This document shows positions 41,554 to 50,468 of a stretch of 64,000 nucleotides of DNA, piece by piece. The translations under genes and the position numbers were made by a program. The notes beneath the pieces are model-generated. The model was given only the letters and a program-made list of their open reading frames with translations, did no database searches and was not told the origin of the DNA. Numbering within the stretch: the first letter of the stretch is position 1; each line of letters begins with the position of its first letter. Source of the stretch: Candidatus Roizmanbacteria bacterium RIFOXYC1_FULL_41_16 (GTDB lineage Bacteria; Patescibacteriota; Microgenomatia; UBA1406); contig MGBO01000021.1 in the NCBI GenBank assembly GCA_001788295.1, forward strand, positions 74,003 to 138,002, in the 5' to 3' direction.

Positions 41554-42904
41554 ATTAGTCATTTATCTTTATAATGTTGTTGAGGATGAATGGTCTTTTA
41601 TTTCCTCGCTCTCCAATCCGATTGAGCAGGCCCAAGAAATCGACAGTTCGCGTACTAGTGTCGATACTTATTTTTTGGGTTATGCCAATGGCCAAAACTT
41701 GTTGTTTGTTTCACCGATAAAAATTAGTTCCGATTTCCAGCGTTATACCAAAAATCTTACTAATTACAAAAATACACAGGTTGTCGTTCCTCAGGCTCAC
41801 TCTCACTTGCTCTGTCTTGATCTGATAAATGACAAGCAAACTTTAGAGGCGCTCATCACTGAGGCCAAGAAATATCAAAAAATTACTCTCATCAGCTATG
41901 CTGCCACTCCGGAATTTTTCCAACTCAAGCAAGTTTTAATTAATAAAGACCTGAATATTTATTGTCCCGAAGCGCCGGAAATTGAAAGCGCCTGGACAGT
42001 TAATTTTTTTGGCAGCAAGAGTGGAATCCGTCAGTTGGCTCAGAAAAGTGCGGCCGTAGAACCGGACTTTACCATGCCAGAGGGAGTAATCGTTGTGGGC
42101 ATTTATAATGCGGCCAAAATCGCCGCCAATAAGTACATCAAGCAAAAAGGAGTGGTGATCAAGACCAATAAAGGCAGCAGCGGCAATGGTTTGCTTATTT
42201 TCCGCGAGAACGATTTGCCCAATGATTATCTAAGTTGTGAGCAAAAGCTGACTGAAATATTAAAATCCGAACCCTATTGGGAGCGCTTCCCGATAATTGT
42301 CGAGGATTTGATCAGTATTAATTATGGTGTGGCCAATGGCTATCCCAATGTCGAATTTAAAATCCACAAAAGCGGTCGCATTGAGATGCTTTATTACTGC
42401 TCACTTGCCGTCACCAAGGACGGTGCTTTTCTGGGAATTGACATTCATGAAGACATTATCAACGATCGGCTGTCCACTATGATTGTTGATACCGGTTATT
42501 TTGTGGCCGAACGACTAGCCGCCGAGGGTTACCGCGGCTATTTTGACATTGATATGATTGCCGGTAAAAATAACAAAATCTACGTCTGCGAAACCAACAC
42601 CAGAAATACCGGCGGCACTGATATTTACAAGCTGGTGTTGCGATTGATCGGCAAAGAATTTATGGATGAGCGCTATATTTTAAGCCGTACTCATTACCAT
42701 TTGGCCAAAGCTGTCCGCTTTGAGGAAATTCTCTCCAGTCTCAAATCATTGCTTTACAACCGCCGAAACAAAGAAGGCCTGATCATTAATTCGGCCAGCC
42801 GCCTCAAACAGCAGGAACTGATTTACACTATTATCGGCAAGAATAAACGCCGCGCGTACCAAACGGAACAGGAAGTGTTCAAGATCCTAAAGTCGCTTAA
42901 TTAA
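41543..42904 (+). CDS. ATP-grasp peptide-ligase-like protein (PGM1/preATP-grasp-like)
   Basis: GSKSGIR, VIKTNKGSSGNG, IVEDLI, GYRGYFDID, ETNTRNTGGT; GGAGG SD inside the upstream gene. Confidence 0.7.
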   Translation: MTSELVIYLYNVVEDEWSFISSLSNPIEQAQEIDSSRTSVDTYFLGYANGQNLLFVSPIKISSDFQRYTKNLTNYKNTQVVVPQAHSHLLCLDLINDKQTLEALITEAKKYQKITLISYAATPEFFQLKQVLINKDLNIYCPEAPEIESAWTVNFFGSKSGIRQLAQKSAAVEPDFTMPEGVIVVGIYNAAKIAANKYIKQKGVVIKTNKGSSGNGLLIFRENDLPNDYLSCEQKLTEILKSEPYWERFPIIVEDLISINYGVANGYPNVEFKIHKSGRIEMLYYCSLAVTKDGAFLGIDIHEDIINDRLSTMIVDTGYFVAERLAAEGYRGYFDIDMIAGKNNKIYVCETNTRNTGGTDIYKLVLRLIGKEFMDERYILSRTHYHLAKAVRFEEILSSLKSLLYNRRNKEGLIINSASRLKQQELIYTIIGKNKRRAYQTEQEVFKILKSLN

Positions 42905-44250
42905 TTCAGAAACCCACCCAAGGCTTTTTTAAGTGCCTCAGAATAACTCGTGACCTCATCATGACTGTTGCCAAAAATCGCCGGAACCAGAATTTTCTCC
43001 GACAACATATCAGGGTTAACAATGACAATCCCCTTTGTCTGACCAGGCTTCAACATTAACGGTTCGATTTTGGCTTTCAGTTCCTGATAAGATAAGGCCT
43101 GCTTTAATTTCAAATCCAAGCTCATTAAATAATATTTATCCCAGTAGCCCTCTCCCAATAAGGCCTCTGCCAGTTCATGCAAGTGTGTCCCGCCGGTCCG
43201 CCTAAGATTAGCCTCCACCGCAAAAGCACGACCCTCTTTATCCACAACCATGTCGATGTCAAAACAGCCACGATAGCCCTTATCAGATAAAACTTTACCC
43301 AAGGCCATTCCGGCTTGCTTTGCCGCTTGCATTTGTGGAGATTTTAAAAGCTCCGGATGAATATAGACGCCAATAAATTTCTTGCCCTGCTCCAAAATCT
43401 GCTCGCAAGGATAGGAAAAGTCAACTTGGCCAGTTTCATTAATAAACAACTCCACGTTCGGACTGCCTCCAAATTTGCTGGAATCAGGCTCAATCAGCGC
43501 CTCCACTATCACTGCCGGCTCCTGCCACAAGGTTTCGGTCAAACGACTTTTTAGTTGCTGTAAAAAAGTGGTTTTATCTGAAGCAAAGTCTGCGACTCTG
43601 TTTAAAACAATTCCCATCCCCTGCACGCCACGGTTGTACTTAATAACAAAACTACGATTATGGCTCCGAAACCACCAAGCCGCTTCAAGAGCTTCCTTTA
43701 AATCACCACAGATATAACCCTCAGGAATATTAATATCAGTCCGAAAATCATCAAGCACTCCTGACCATAAGTGCCGAAACCCACGCTTGGTATTGTAGTA
43801 ATTAAGGATAAATTCGTCGCTTCCGGCAATCAGCTCCGGCGTCTTAAAATCCAGCTTTTCTTGTCGCAAAGATTCCACCAATTGATGAAACTCCGGCGTT
43901 GAGCGATACTGAATCAAGGCAATGCCCGGATTTTGCTTTATTAAAGTTATTAGTTGTTTTCTTAAATCTAAATTATTAACAATATCCAAACTGATGCTGG
44001 GATTAGGCTTGGATGGAAACAGGTTCAATACATTTTGCCAACCGGTAATTTGCTTAAGATCACTTAAATATTCTGGATTGATCGGATAAGAAGTTATAAT
44101 TGCCTTATTGTCGGCTCCATATAAAACAGCTCGATTGGCTTCCAAAAAATCATAACGATACCAGTTTAGTTTTTCCTGCTCCGGCAGTTGATCATAACCA
44201 CGGTAATAGCTTTCCAAAACGTTAGAGATGTAAACTGTCTGAAACTTCAT
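42901..44250 (-). CDS. ATP-grasp peptide-ligase-like protein, paralog of 41543-42904
   Basis: NTKRGFR, VIKYNRGVQGMG, IVEALI, GYRGCFDID, EANLRRTGGTH; TTGACA-17 bp-TACATT promoter at 44287-44259. Confidence 0.7.
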   Translation of the reverse strand: MKFQTVYISNVLESYYRGYDQLPEQEKLNWYRYDFLEANRAVLYGADNKAIITSYPINPEYLSDLKQITGWQNVLNLFPSKPNPSISLDIVNNLDLRKQLITLIKQNPGIALIQYRSTPEFHQLVESLRQEKLDFKTPELIAGSDEFILNYYNTKRGFRHLWSGVLDDFRTDINIPEGYICGDLKEALEAAWWFRSHNRSFVIKYNRGVQGMGIVLNRVADFASDKTTFLQQLKSRLTETLWQEPAVIVEALIEPDSSKFGGSPNVELFINETGQVDFSYPCEQILEQGKKFIGVYIHPELLKSPQMQAAKQAGMALGKVLSDKGYRGCFDIDMVVDKEGRAFAVEANLRRTGGTHLHELAEALLGEGYWDKYYLMSLDLKLKQALSYQELKAKIEPLMLKPGQTKGIVIVNPDMLSEKILVPAIFGNSHDEVTSYSEALKKALGGFLN

Positions 44251-44291
44251 ACTAGAAGAATGTAAAGTTTTTGTGTTAAAATGTCAAGAGT

Positions 44292-44362
44292 GCGGGTGTG
44301 GTTCAATGGTAGAACGAATCCCTTCCAAGGATTAGACGAGGGTTCGATTCCCTTCACCCGCT
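44292..44362 (+). tRNA. tRNA-Gly(TCC)
   Basis: GCGGGTG/CACCCGC acceptor stem, AATCC-CTTCCAA-GGATT anticodon arm, GGTTCGATTCC; CCA not encoded. Confidence 0.95.
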
Positions 44363-44363
44363 C

Positions 44364-44561
44364 ATGGAATTGTCACCGGAGACTACCCAAATTGTACTAG
44401 AATCGGTTAAATGTCTATCAATTTCTATTCTCGGATACATAGGTCTTCTCGCCGGTATGGAATTAGGAGGTAGGATTGTCGGTTACCCTGGTAGAGGCTT
44501 AGAAACTCACGAACAAATTATGAAAACTATTAAATCAGCTTTTAAAAAAAATCGGACCTAA
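44364..44561 (+). CDS. Small hypothetical membrane protein
   Basis: 65 aa, one hydrophobic helix, starts 1 nt after the tRNA. Confidence 0.4.
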   Translation: MELSPETTQIVLESVKCLSISILGYIGLLAGMELGGRIVGYPGRGLETHEQIMKTIKSAFKKNRT

Positions 44562-45127
44562 ATAAAATCTAGAAGAATAGGAATTTCTGTCACTCCACCA
44601 ACTTCTTTCATAAAATGTCCTTTATTGTGTTCAACTATAATTCTTGCTCCCAACTTCTGTTGATATGCTGATTTATTCTGATCTAAAGGAACCCAGGGAT
44701 CGTTATCCGAAAAAAGAGCGATAAAAATATTTGCTAGACGCTTTACTTTTTTATAATCTATGGGTGTTTCATACCATGGCTTTATAATTTCATGATCTTC
44801 GGGAAGCGGTAAAGCTTCTTCGCTCAATACCTCCCAGCCTGCGACAAGAATCACTTTATCTACTTTTTCATTTTGTTGATCCAAGTATCTTAAAATTGCC
44901 TGACAGCCCATTGAATGGCCAATCAGGATATCGCTTGACTCTAGCTGGCCAATAATTTTTTTAATTTTTTGTAGCCAGTCTGCCATCACAGGATAATCTG
45001 GATTGGGCATCATGAGGGCAGAGGCCTTATACCCTCTTTTTTTAAGCTCTTCTAATGCCCAAGGAAACCAATCCTTGTTATTTCTCCCTGTCCAACCATG
45101 AATAATAAAGGCTCGTTTTCCTTTCAT
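44558..45127 (-). CDS. RBBP9/YdeN-family alpha/beta serine hydrolase
   Basis: IIHGW, WFPW, GHSMG nucleophile elbow, SDNDPWV, GHF. Confidence 0.88.
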   Translation of the reverse strand: MKGKRAFIIHGWTGRNNKDWFPWALEELKKRGYKASALMMPNPDYPVMADWLQKIKKIIGQLESSDILIGHSMGCQAILRYLDQQNEKVDKVILVAGWEVLSEEALPLPEDHEIIKPWYETPIDYKKVKRLANIFIALFSDNDPWVPLDQNKSAYQQKLGARIIVEHNKGHFMKEVGGVTEIPILLDFI

Positions 45128-45191
45128 AAACTATATTTTACATCTTAGAACCTTCTGAAGTTAGATAAACCTATTCTGGCGATGTTTTCCC

Positions 45192-45220
45192 TTGACTATT
45201 GAATTTGGGCTCGGTATACT
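45192..45220 (+). promoter_or_regulatory. Promoter of the stand-alone 5S rRNA
   Basis: TTGACT-17 bp-TATACT, 7 nt before the 5S 5' end. Confidence 0.75.
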
Positions 45221-45227
45221 TGTGTTT

Positions 45228-45348
45228 GCTCTGGTTATTTGTGCGAACTGGAACCACCTCTTCCCATTCCGAACAGAGTCGTGAAACGGTTAGAGCGCCA
45301 ACGATACTACGGGTTAACGCCCAATGGAAAATAGGTCATAGCCAGGGC
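45228..45348 (+). rRNA. rrf: 5S ribosomal RNA
   Basis: Terminal stem GCTCTGGTTAT/ATAGCCAGGGC; conserved CCACCTCTTCCCATTCCGAACAGAGTCGTGAAAC and CGATACT...AATAGG; about 120 nt. Confidence 0.9.
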
Positions 45349-45359
45349 ATTTTTTGTGC

Positions 45360-46982
45360 CTATAAAATCACCGGAATTACTTCAGGCGCACGCTCATAAC
45401 GGGTATTGATAAAACTGCTCAACTGATTGGTCAGTGCCTCAGCCAAAGATTTGTCTGATTTGGTCTGATTAATAATCCGATTAGCTAGGGCTTCCAAATC
45501 TTTATAAAAAGCCTGCTCATTATAAATAAAGCCTTTGGAAATCAGCTTTACTGATTTGTCCTTTACAATCACTACCAAAACGCCTTCTTTACCCAGACTC
45601 TGGCGTTCCTTAAGAATGGTTTCGCCCACATCCCCTACCGATCGGCCATCAACTAACATATCTCTCAATAGAATCTTTTTGTCAGTATGAACTTTGCCAG
45701 CCTCCAAAACCAATGGCTCACCATCGTGCAAGCGAATAATATCGGTTTCTTTGTAGCCCAGATCCTGCATCACGTTGGCATAAGCACGGCCGTGTTTGAC
45801 AGTCGTCCCAATAGGTACCAAGTACTGTGGCCGGGTTAGCCTCACCAGCAACCGATGATCGCCCTGTGAGCCGTGACCTGAGGTATGAAGCTGATCTCGG
45901 ATGGCGGTATAAATCACCTCTGCCCCAAGTTCAATCAAGCCCTCAATCACCTCTTGTACATGGGCCTCGTTGCCCGGAATCGGATCGGCTGAAAATAAAA
46001 TCCGATCCAAGTGCTGCACCCGAATAAAAGGGTGCTTGTTGCTCGAGATCTTATCCAATGCCGAATTAAACTCACCCTGAGAACCGGTAAGAATCACACA
46101 CACGCTTTTGGGCGGTAGTTTTTTTGCCTGGTCTTCGCCTATCACATGCTCACGATTAAGGCGGATATAGTTTTCGTTAATGGCTATCTCCATATTACGC
46201 TTCATGGTGCGACCGACAAAGCAAAGCTTACGGTTGAATTTCAGCGCCGCCTCCACGCACTGCTTGATCCGGGAAATATTGGAGGCAAAAGTGGTCATAA
46301 AAAACCGGCCCTTGGTCCGGCGCATTTCTTCTTCAAAAGTACTCCCCACAATCGCCTCGGAAAGAGTAAAGCCCTCGCGCTCGGCGCCTAAGGCATCTGA
46401 GAGAAGAACCTTAATGCCGCTTTCGCCAGCCCGATTGATTTCATTAAAGTCCGGCGGCGCTCCGTAGACCGGAGTCAAATCGAATTTGAAGTCTGAGCCG
46501 TGATAAACATTACCGGCCGGAGTTTGAATCAGAATATGGGTCGTGTCCGGAATCGAGTGGGTCATATGAATATAACGCGCTTTAAAAGCTCCAAACTGGT
46601 AATCCTGATGGAACTTGATCTGATTGATCTTGGCTTCTTTGAGGTTGAGTTCCTTGAGTTTTTCCTCAATCAGCAAAGCCGCCAGCTTGGGAGCAAAAAC
46701 CGGCGGAAACCCGAGTTGTGGCAAAATAAAAGGCGTGGCGCCGATATGATCATCATGTCCATGAGTGATCAACAGCGCTCTAATTAAATGCTTTTTGTCT
46801 TTTAAATAACTGGTGTCAGGAATGACAAAATCAACACCCAAATTGGATAACTCAGACACAAAACCGACACCGCAGTCTACCAGCAGAATATCTTTAATCT
46901 GGCCCTGGTCCCACAGTTCATAAACGAACATATTTTTAGTAACATTGGATTGTCCCCCAAAAGGAATAATTCTTAATTTCAT
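45360..46982 (-). CDS. rnj: Ribonuclease J
   Basis: KNM, THGHDDHIG, THSIPD, DFKFD, TGSQGE, IPGNE, HTSGHG. Confidence 0.93.
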   Translation of the reverse strand: MKLRIIPFGGQSNVTKNMFVYELWDQGQIKDILLVDCGVGFVSELSNLGVDFVIPDTSYLKDKKHLIRALLITHGHDDHIGATPFILPQLGFPPVFAPKLAALLIEEKLKELNLKEAKINQIKFHQDYQFGAFKARYIHMTHSIPDTTHILIQTPAGNVYHGSDFKFDLTPVYGAPPDFNEINRAGESGIKVLLSDALGAEREGFTLSEAIVGSTFEEEMRRTKGRFFMTTFASNISRIKQCVEAALKFNRKLCFVGRTMKRNMEIAINENYIRLNREHVIGEDQAKKLPPKSVCVILTGSQGEFNSALDKISSNKHPFIRVQHLDRILFSADPIPGNEAHVQEVIEGLIELGAEVIYTAIRDQLHTSGHGSQGDHRLLVRLTRPQYLVPIGTTVKHGRAYANVMQDLGYKETDIIRLHDGEPLVLEAGKVHTDKKILLRDMLVDGRSVGDVGETILKERQSLGKEGVLVVIVKDKSVKLISKGFIYNEQAFYKDLEALANRIINQTKSDKSLAEALTNQLSSFINTRYERAPEVIPVIL

Positions 46983-47008
46983 ATTTTTATTGTAACAATT
47001 TTTAATAT

Positions 47009-47692
47009 TTAGAACAGTTTTAAGACTTTGTCCAGGTCACCGGTAATAATCCGGTCAAGATTGTGAAAACTTTTGTTGAGCCGATGGTCAGTGAGCCGGT
47101 TTTGCGGAAAATTATAAGTCCGGATTTTTTCGGATCGCTCACCATGGCCGGCTGAGGCAGTAAAAGCCGAAATCACTCCCTGCCGCTTGTCTGCTTCAAT
47201 CTGTTCCAGTCGCCCCATTAATAAGGACAAAGCAATTTGCCTATTCTGAAACTGATTGCGTTCTCTGGAACAAGTCACCACCACACCAGAAGGCTTATGT
47301 GTCAAACGAACCGCCGTACTGACTTTATTGACGTTTTGGCCACCATGACCGCCACTACGGTAAAACTGCCAGTCCAAATCAGACGGATTAATCTTAATTT
47401 CATATTCGCTCACTTCAGGCGAAACCAAGACCAAAGCGGCTGATGTGTGAACCCGGCCATAGCGCTCAGTTGTTGGCACTCGCTGCACGCGGTGCACGCC
47501 GGTTTCGTTTTTTAGCAACAAAAAACAATTATCACCCTTGATTCTCATCAAATCATCCTCCAGCATGCTGCTTTGCCAGCTCTTTTTTTCGCAATATTTG
47601 CGATACATATTGAGCAGGTCGTCGGCCCAAATCTTGGCCTCTTCTCCACCCACTCCGGGTTTAACTTCCAACAAACAAACAGAGTTATTCAT
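47009..47692 (-). CDS. prfA: Peptide chain release factor 1, N-terminally truncated
   Basis: GVGGEEA, ETGVHRVQRVPTTE (PxT), GGQNVNK, RSEKIRTYNFPQNR; follows rpmE. Confidence 0.85.
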   Translation of the reverse strand: MNNSVCLLEVKPGVGGEEAKIWADDLLNMYRKYCEKKSWQSSMLEDDLMRIKGDNCFLLLKNETGVHRVQRVPTTERYGRVHTSAALVLVSPEVSEYEIKINPSDLDWQFYRSGGHGGQNVNKVSTAVRLTHKPSGVVVTCSRERNQFQNRQIALSLLMGRLEQIEADKRQGVISAFTASAGHGERSEKIRTYNFPQNRLTDHRLNKSFHNLDRIITGDLDKVLKLF

Positions 47693-47728
47693 AACTAGAT
47701 TATATAATTTTTACAAAAAGAGTGGTTT

Positions 47729-48022
47729 TTAGGCAGACAACAGATCCTTAAGAGTTTTTTGTTGATAGGCTTTTTTATCACTGGCTTTTTTGGATTGTTC
47801 TTTACGCTTAGCCAAATAAGCTTTGGCAAAGGTTTGCTTGGCCATAAACTTCTCTACCTGGCCCTTGGTGTCCACAAAACGCTCTTCACCGGTAAACAGA
47901 GGGTGACATTTATAACAAGTCTCGACAAAGATTTTTTGTTTGGTTGATCCTACTTTAAAAGTATTACCACAGGCACAGCTAACTTCGGCTTGGTAATATT
48001 GAGGATGAATTTTAGCTTTCAT
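47729..48022 (-). CDS. rpmE: 50S ribosomal protein L31 (Zn-binding type)
   Basis: MKAKIHPQY, CACG, CYKCHPLFTG; start reset to ATG 48022. Confidence 0.95.
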   Translation of the reverse strand: MKAKIHPQYYQAEVSCACGNTFKVGSTKQKIFVETCYKCHPLFTGEERFVDTKGQVEKFMAKQTFAKAYLAKRKEQSKKASDKKAYQQKTLKDLLSA

Positions 48023-48067
48023 AGAATTACTAATTATATTACAAAATCTGGCAATACACAACCCCGG

Positions 48068-49186
48068 CTATTCGTATTGCCCAAGAACAACGGTTTTCTC
48101 TGATTTTTGGCCCTGATCCCAAACTTCCAAGATCAATTGATCACCGACCTCGTGTTCTTTAATCAGATTGGTAATGTCGTTTTCTTTGGTAATTTTTTGA
48201 CCATCAATCCTGCTGATTACCTGTCCCGGCTTGAGTCCGGCTTTGGCTGCATTGCTGTCTTCAACTACCTCCACAATATAAGCACCTTGAGCCAAATCAT
48301 TCATTACCGCTGTTTCTTTATCCAGCACTTTGTATCTGATGCCCAAAAACGGCCGGCTGATTTTGCCGCCTGACGCCTGATAATTAGCCAGTAGCTCCCT
48401 GATCACATTGGCCGGAATGGCAAAGCCAATATTCTGCCCCTCCTGAGATACAGCCGTATTAATGCCAATTACCTCACCACTGGAATTAAGAAGCGGCCCG
48501 CCGGAGTTACCGGGATTTATGGCCGCGTCGGTTTGAATCACATTATCCAGCCTCTCGACAAAGCTTTCAAGCGGACTGCCGGCCGTAATGCCACGGCCCA
48601 AACCGGAAATAATCCCGCTGGTCACGGTATTACGAAATTCTCCCAATGGAGTGCCAATCGCAATCGCAATCTGGCCCAGAGTAAGATTGTCAGAATCTGC
48701 CAAGGTCAAAGCCGGCAAAGAGCTGGCGTCAATTTTTATAATCGCCAGGTCGTTTAATGGATCGCGCAAAATCTGTTTGGTTTGATAAACTTTTTCGTCA
48801 TTAGTAATGATTTTATAAGTGGCATCAGTGTCGACCACCACGTGTTTATTGGTCACAATCAGGCCGTCTTGGCTCACAATAAAACCTGAACCAATACTCT
48901 GCTCTAGTGTTTCCTCAGTCCCGGGCTGAAGCTCAAGCGGACTATAGGGATCAAAAGGATTGAACTGCCAAACGTCAGCGCTGGTCGTGGTTTTTTTAAT
49001 CTGAACCGTGACTACTGAGGGCAGGGCTTTTTCCACAGCGTTAATTACCAAAGATTCTTCACTAATAACTTTGGTCTTGTTGGTTGTGGGTTTTTGATTC
49101 GGAGCAATTTGGGGCAAATAGCGCTTGTTGATGCCTATGACCACCAAAACAATAATAATCGCCGTTAAGAGCACGATTTTTTTCAT
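48068..49186 (-). CDS. htrA: HtrA/DegP-type serine protease with PDZ domain
   Basis: GSGFI, TNKHVV, IQTDAAINPGNSGGPL, FLGI. Confidence 0.9.
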   Translation of the reverse strand: MKKIVLLTAIIIVLVVIGINKRYLPQIAPNQKPTTNKTKVISEESLVINAVEKALPSVVTVQIKKTTTSADVWQFNPFDPYSPLELQPGTEETLEQSIGSGFIVSQDGLIVTNKHVVVDTDATYKIITNDEKVYQTKQILRDPLNDLAIIKIDASSLPALTLADSDNLTLGQIAIAIGTPLGEFRNTVTSGIISGLGRGITAGSPLESFVERLDNVIQTDAAINPGNSGGPLLNSSGEVIGINTAVSQEGQNIGFAIPANVIRELLANYQASGGKISRPFLGIRYKVLDKETAVMNDLAQGAYIVEVVEDSNAAKAGLKPGQVISRIDGQKITKENDITNLIKEHEVGDQLILEVWDQGQKSEKTVVLGQYE

Positions 49187-49188
49187 TT

Positions 49189-50463
49189 TTATGGTATTAA
49201 AATATTAATCGCTTTTTGCAGTTGTGTGTCGGTTTTGTCCTCCAGAGTGTTACCGTCCTCCAGCTTAATCTCAATGTCAAAATCCGGCTCAATCCCTTTG
49301 CTGTTGATCCAGTCGCCTTTTGGCAGGATCCATTTAGCAATGGTAAGATGCAATCCGGTATTGTTTGTCAAATCCAGGGCTTCTTGCACCGAGCCCTTAC
49401 CAAAGCTTTTGCGGCCAACTAGTTCGGCCCGATCATAATCACGCAAGGCGCCGGCAAAAATTTCCGATGCCGAGGCTGAACCTTCATTAATCAAAATCAC
49501 GACCGGAATATCCAGCAACTGGCCGGTACGAGCCACTTTATATTCTTTGGCCGGTCTGTCGGCATACTCTTGCTTGATTACCAAGGAATTTATGGGCAAA
49601 AATTCAGAGGCCAAATAAACAGCCGCATCCAAATAGCCACCCGGATTACTCCGAACATCAATAATTAAGCCATTAATGGCTTTATTTTGCCATTTGGCCT
49701 TAACCTCAGCCACGGCCCTGTCCCATTCCCGAACGGTGTTGTCGCCAAAATTAGAAACCTTGATCATAGCCGCTTTGGAACAGTTTTTAGAACAGTTGGC
49801 GCGGGATTTATAGCTCAATTTGACCGATTCAATTTTAATCTGGTCACGCTTGATTTTGATTTCAAAATCCTGATTGTTTCTAAAAAGGGTCAATTTAACT
49901 ATGGTGTCTTTTTCGCCACGAATTTTGTCCACGGTCTGGGTAAGCGTCCAATTTTGAGTGGGCTGATCATCAACAGCCAAGATAATATCACCGGACCGTA
50001 CTCCGGCCGCTTTGGCTGGTGAATTTTCCAAAGGCGTCACTACCATAATCTGATTGTTCTTCATACCCAGTTCAGCCCCGATTCCTTCATACTTGCCGCC
50101 TAAATCATCCTTGCTTTGCTGATTTTCCTCAGGCGTCATAAAATATGAGTACGGATCCTCCAAACTTGCTACCAGTCCCTTGATCGCTCCATAGATCATC
50201 TGTTTGGGTTTCACCTTGCTCTGGTCGGCATATTTCTGCTCGATAAGAGCCCACACCGACCAAAAAAGGGCCATATTTTCAGGCTCCTGACTTGGCTTCA
50301 GGCTAGTAACCGAGGTGGTGGAATTAGCTGTTTTAGCTTGTTGTTTGGTTTTATACTCGCCCAATCGATAACCGGCCGCAAATACCAAAAATGTAACTGC
50401 CAAGATAAGCAATAAACTAGAGAATCGCTGCAGCTTTTTGTCTTGTATTTCGTTTTCAGTCAT
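49189..50463 (-). CDS. ctpA: C-terminal processing peptidase (S41)
   Basis: DPYS, GIGAEL, DVRSNPGG, SASASEI, FGKGSVQ. Confidence 0.9.
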   Translation of the reverse strand: MTENEIQDKKLQRFSSLLLILAVTFLVFAAGYRLGEYKTKQQAKTANSTTSVTSLKPSQEPENMALFWSVWALIEQKYADQSKVKPKQMIYGAIKGLVASLEDPYSYFMTPEENQQSKDDLGGKYEGIGAELGMKNNQIMVVTPLENSPAKAAGVRSGDIILAVDDQPTQNWTLTQTVDKIRGEKDTIVKLTLFRNNQDFEIKIKRDQIKIESVKLSYKSRANCSKNCSKAAMIKVSNFGDNTVREWDRAVAEVKAKWQNKAINGLIIDVRSNPGGYLDAAVYLASEFLPINSLVIKQEYADRPAKEYKVARTGQLLDIPVVILINEGSASASEIFAGALRDYDRAELVGRKSFGKGSVQEALDLTNNTGLHLTIAKWILPKGDWINSKGIEPDFDIEIKLEDGNTLEDKTDTQLQKAINILIP

Positions 50464-50468
50464 TATCG

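Noticed and set aside
45199..45399. 66-aa ORF
   Set aside because: Overlaps the 5S rRNA and its promoter
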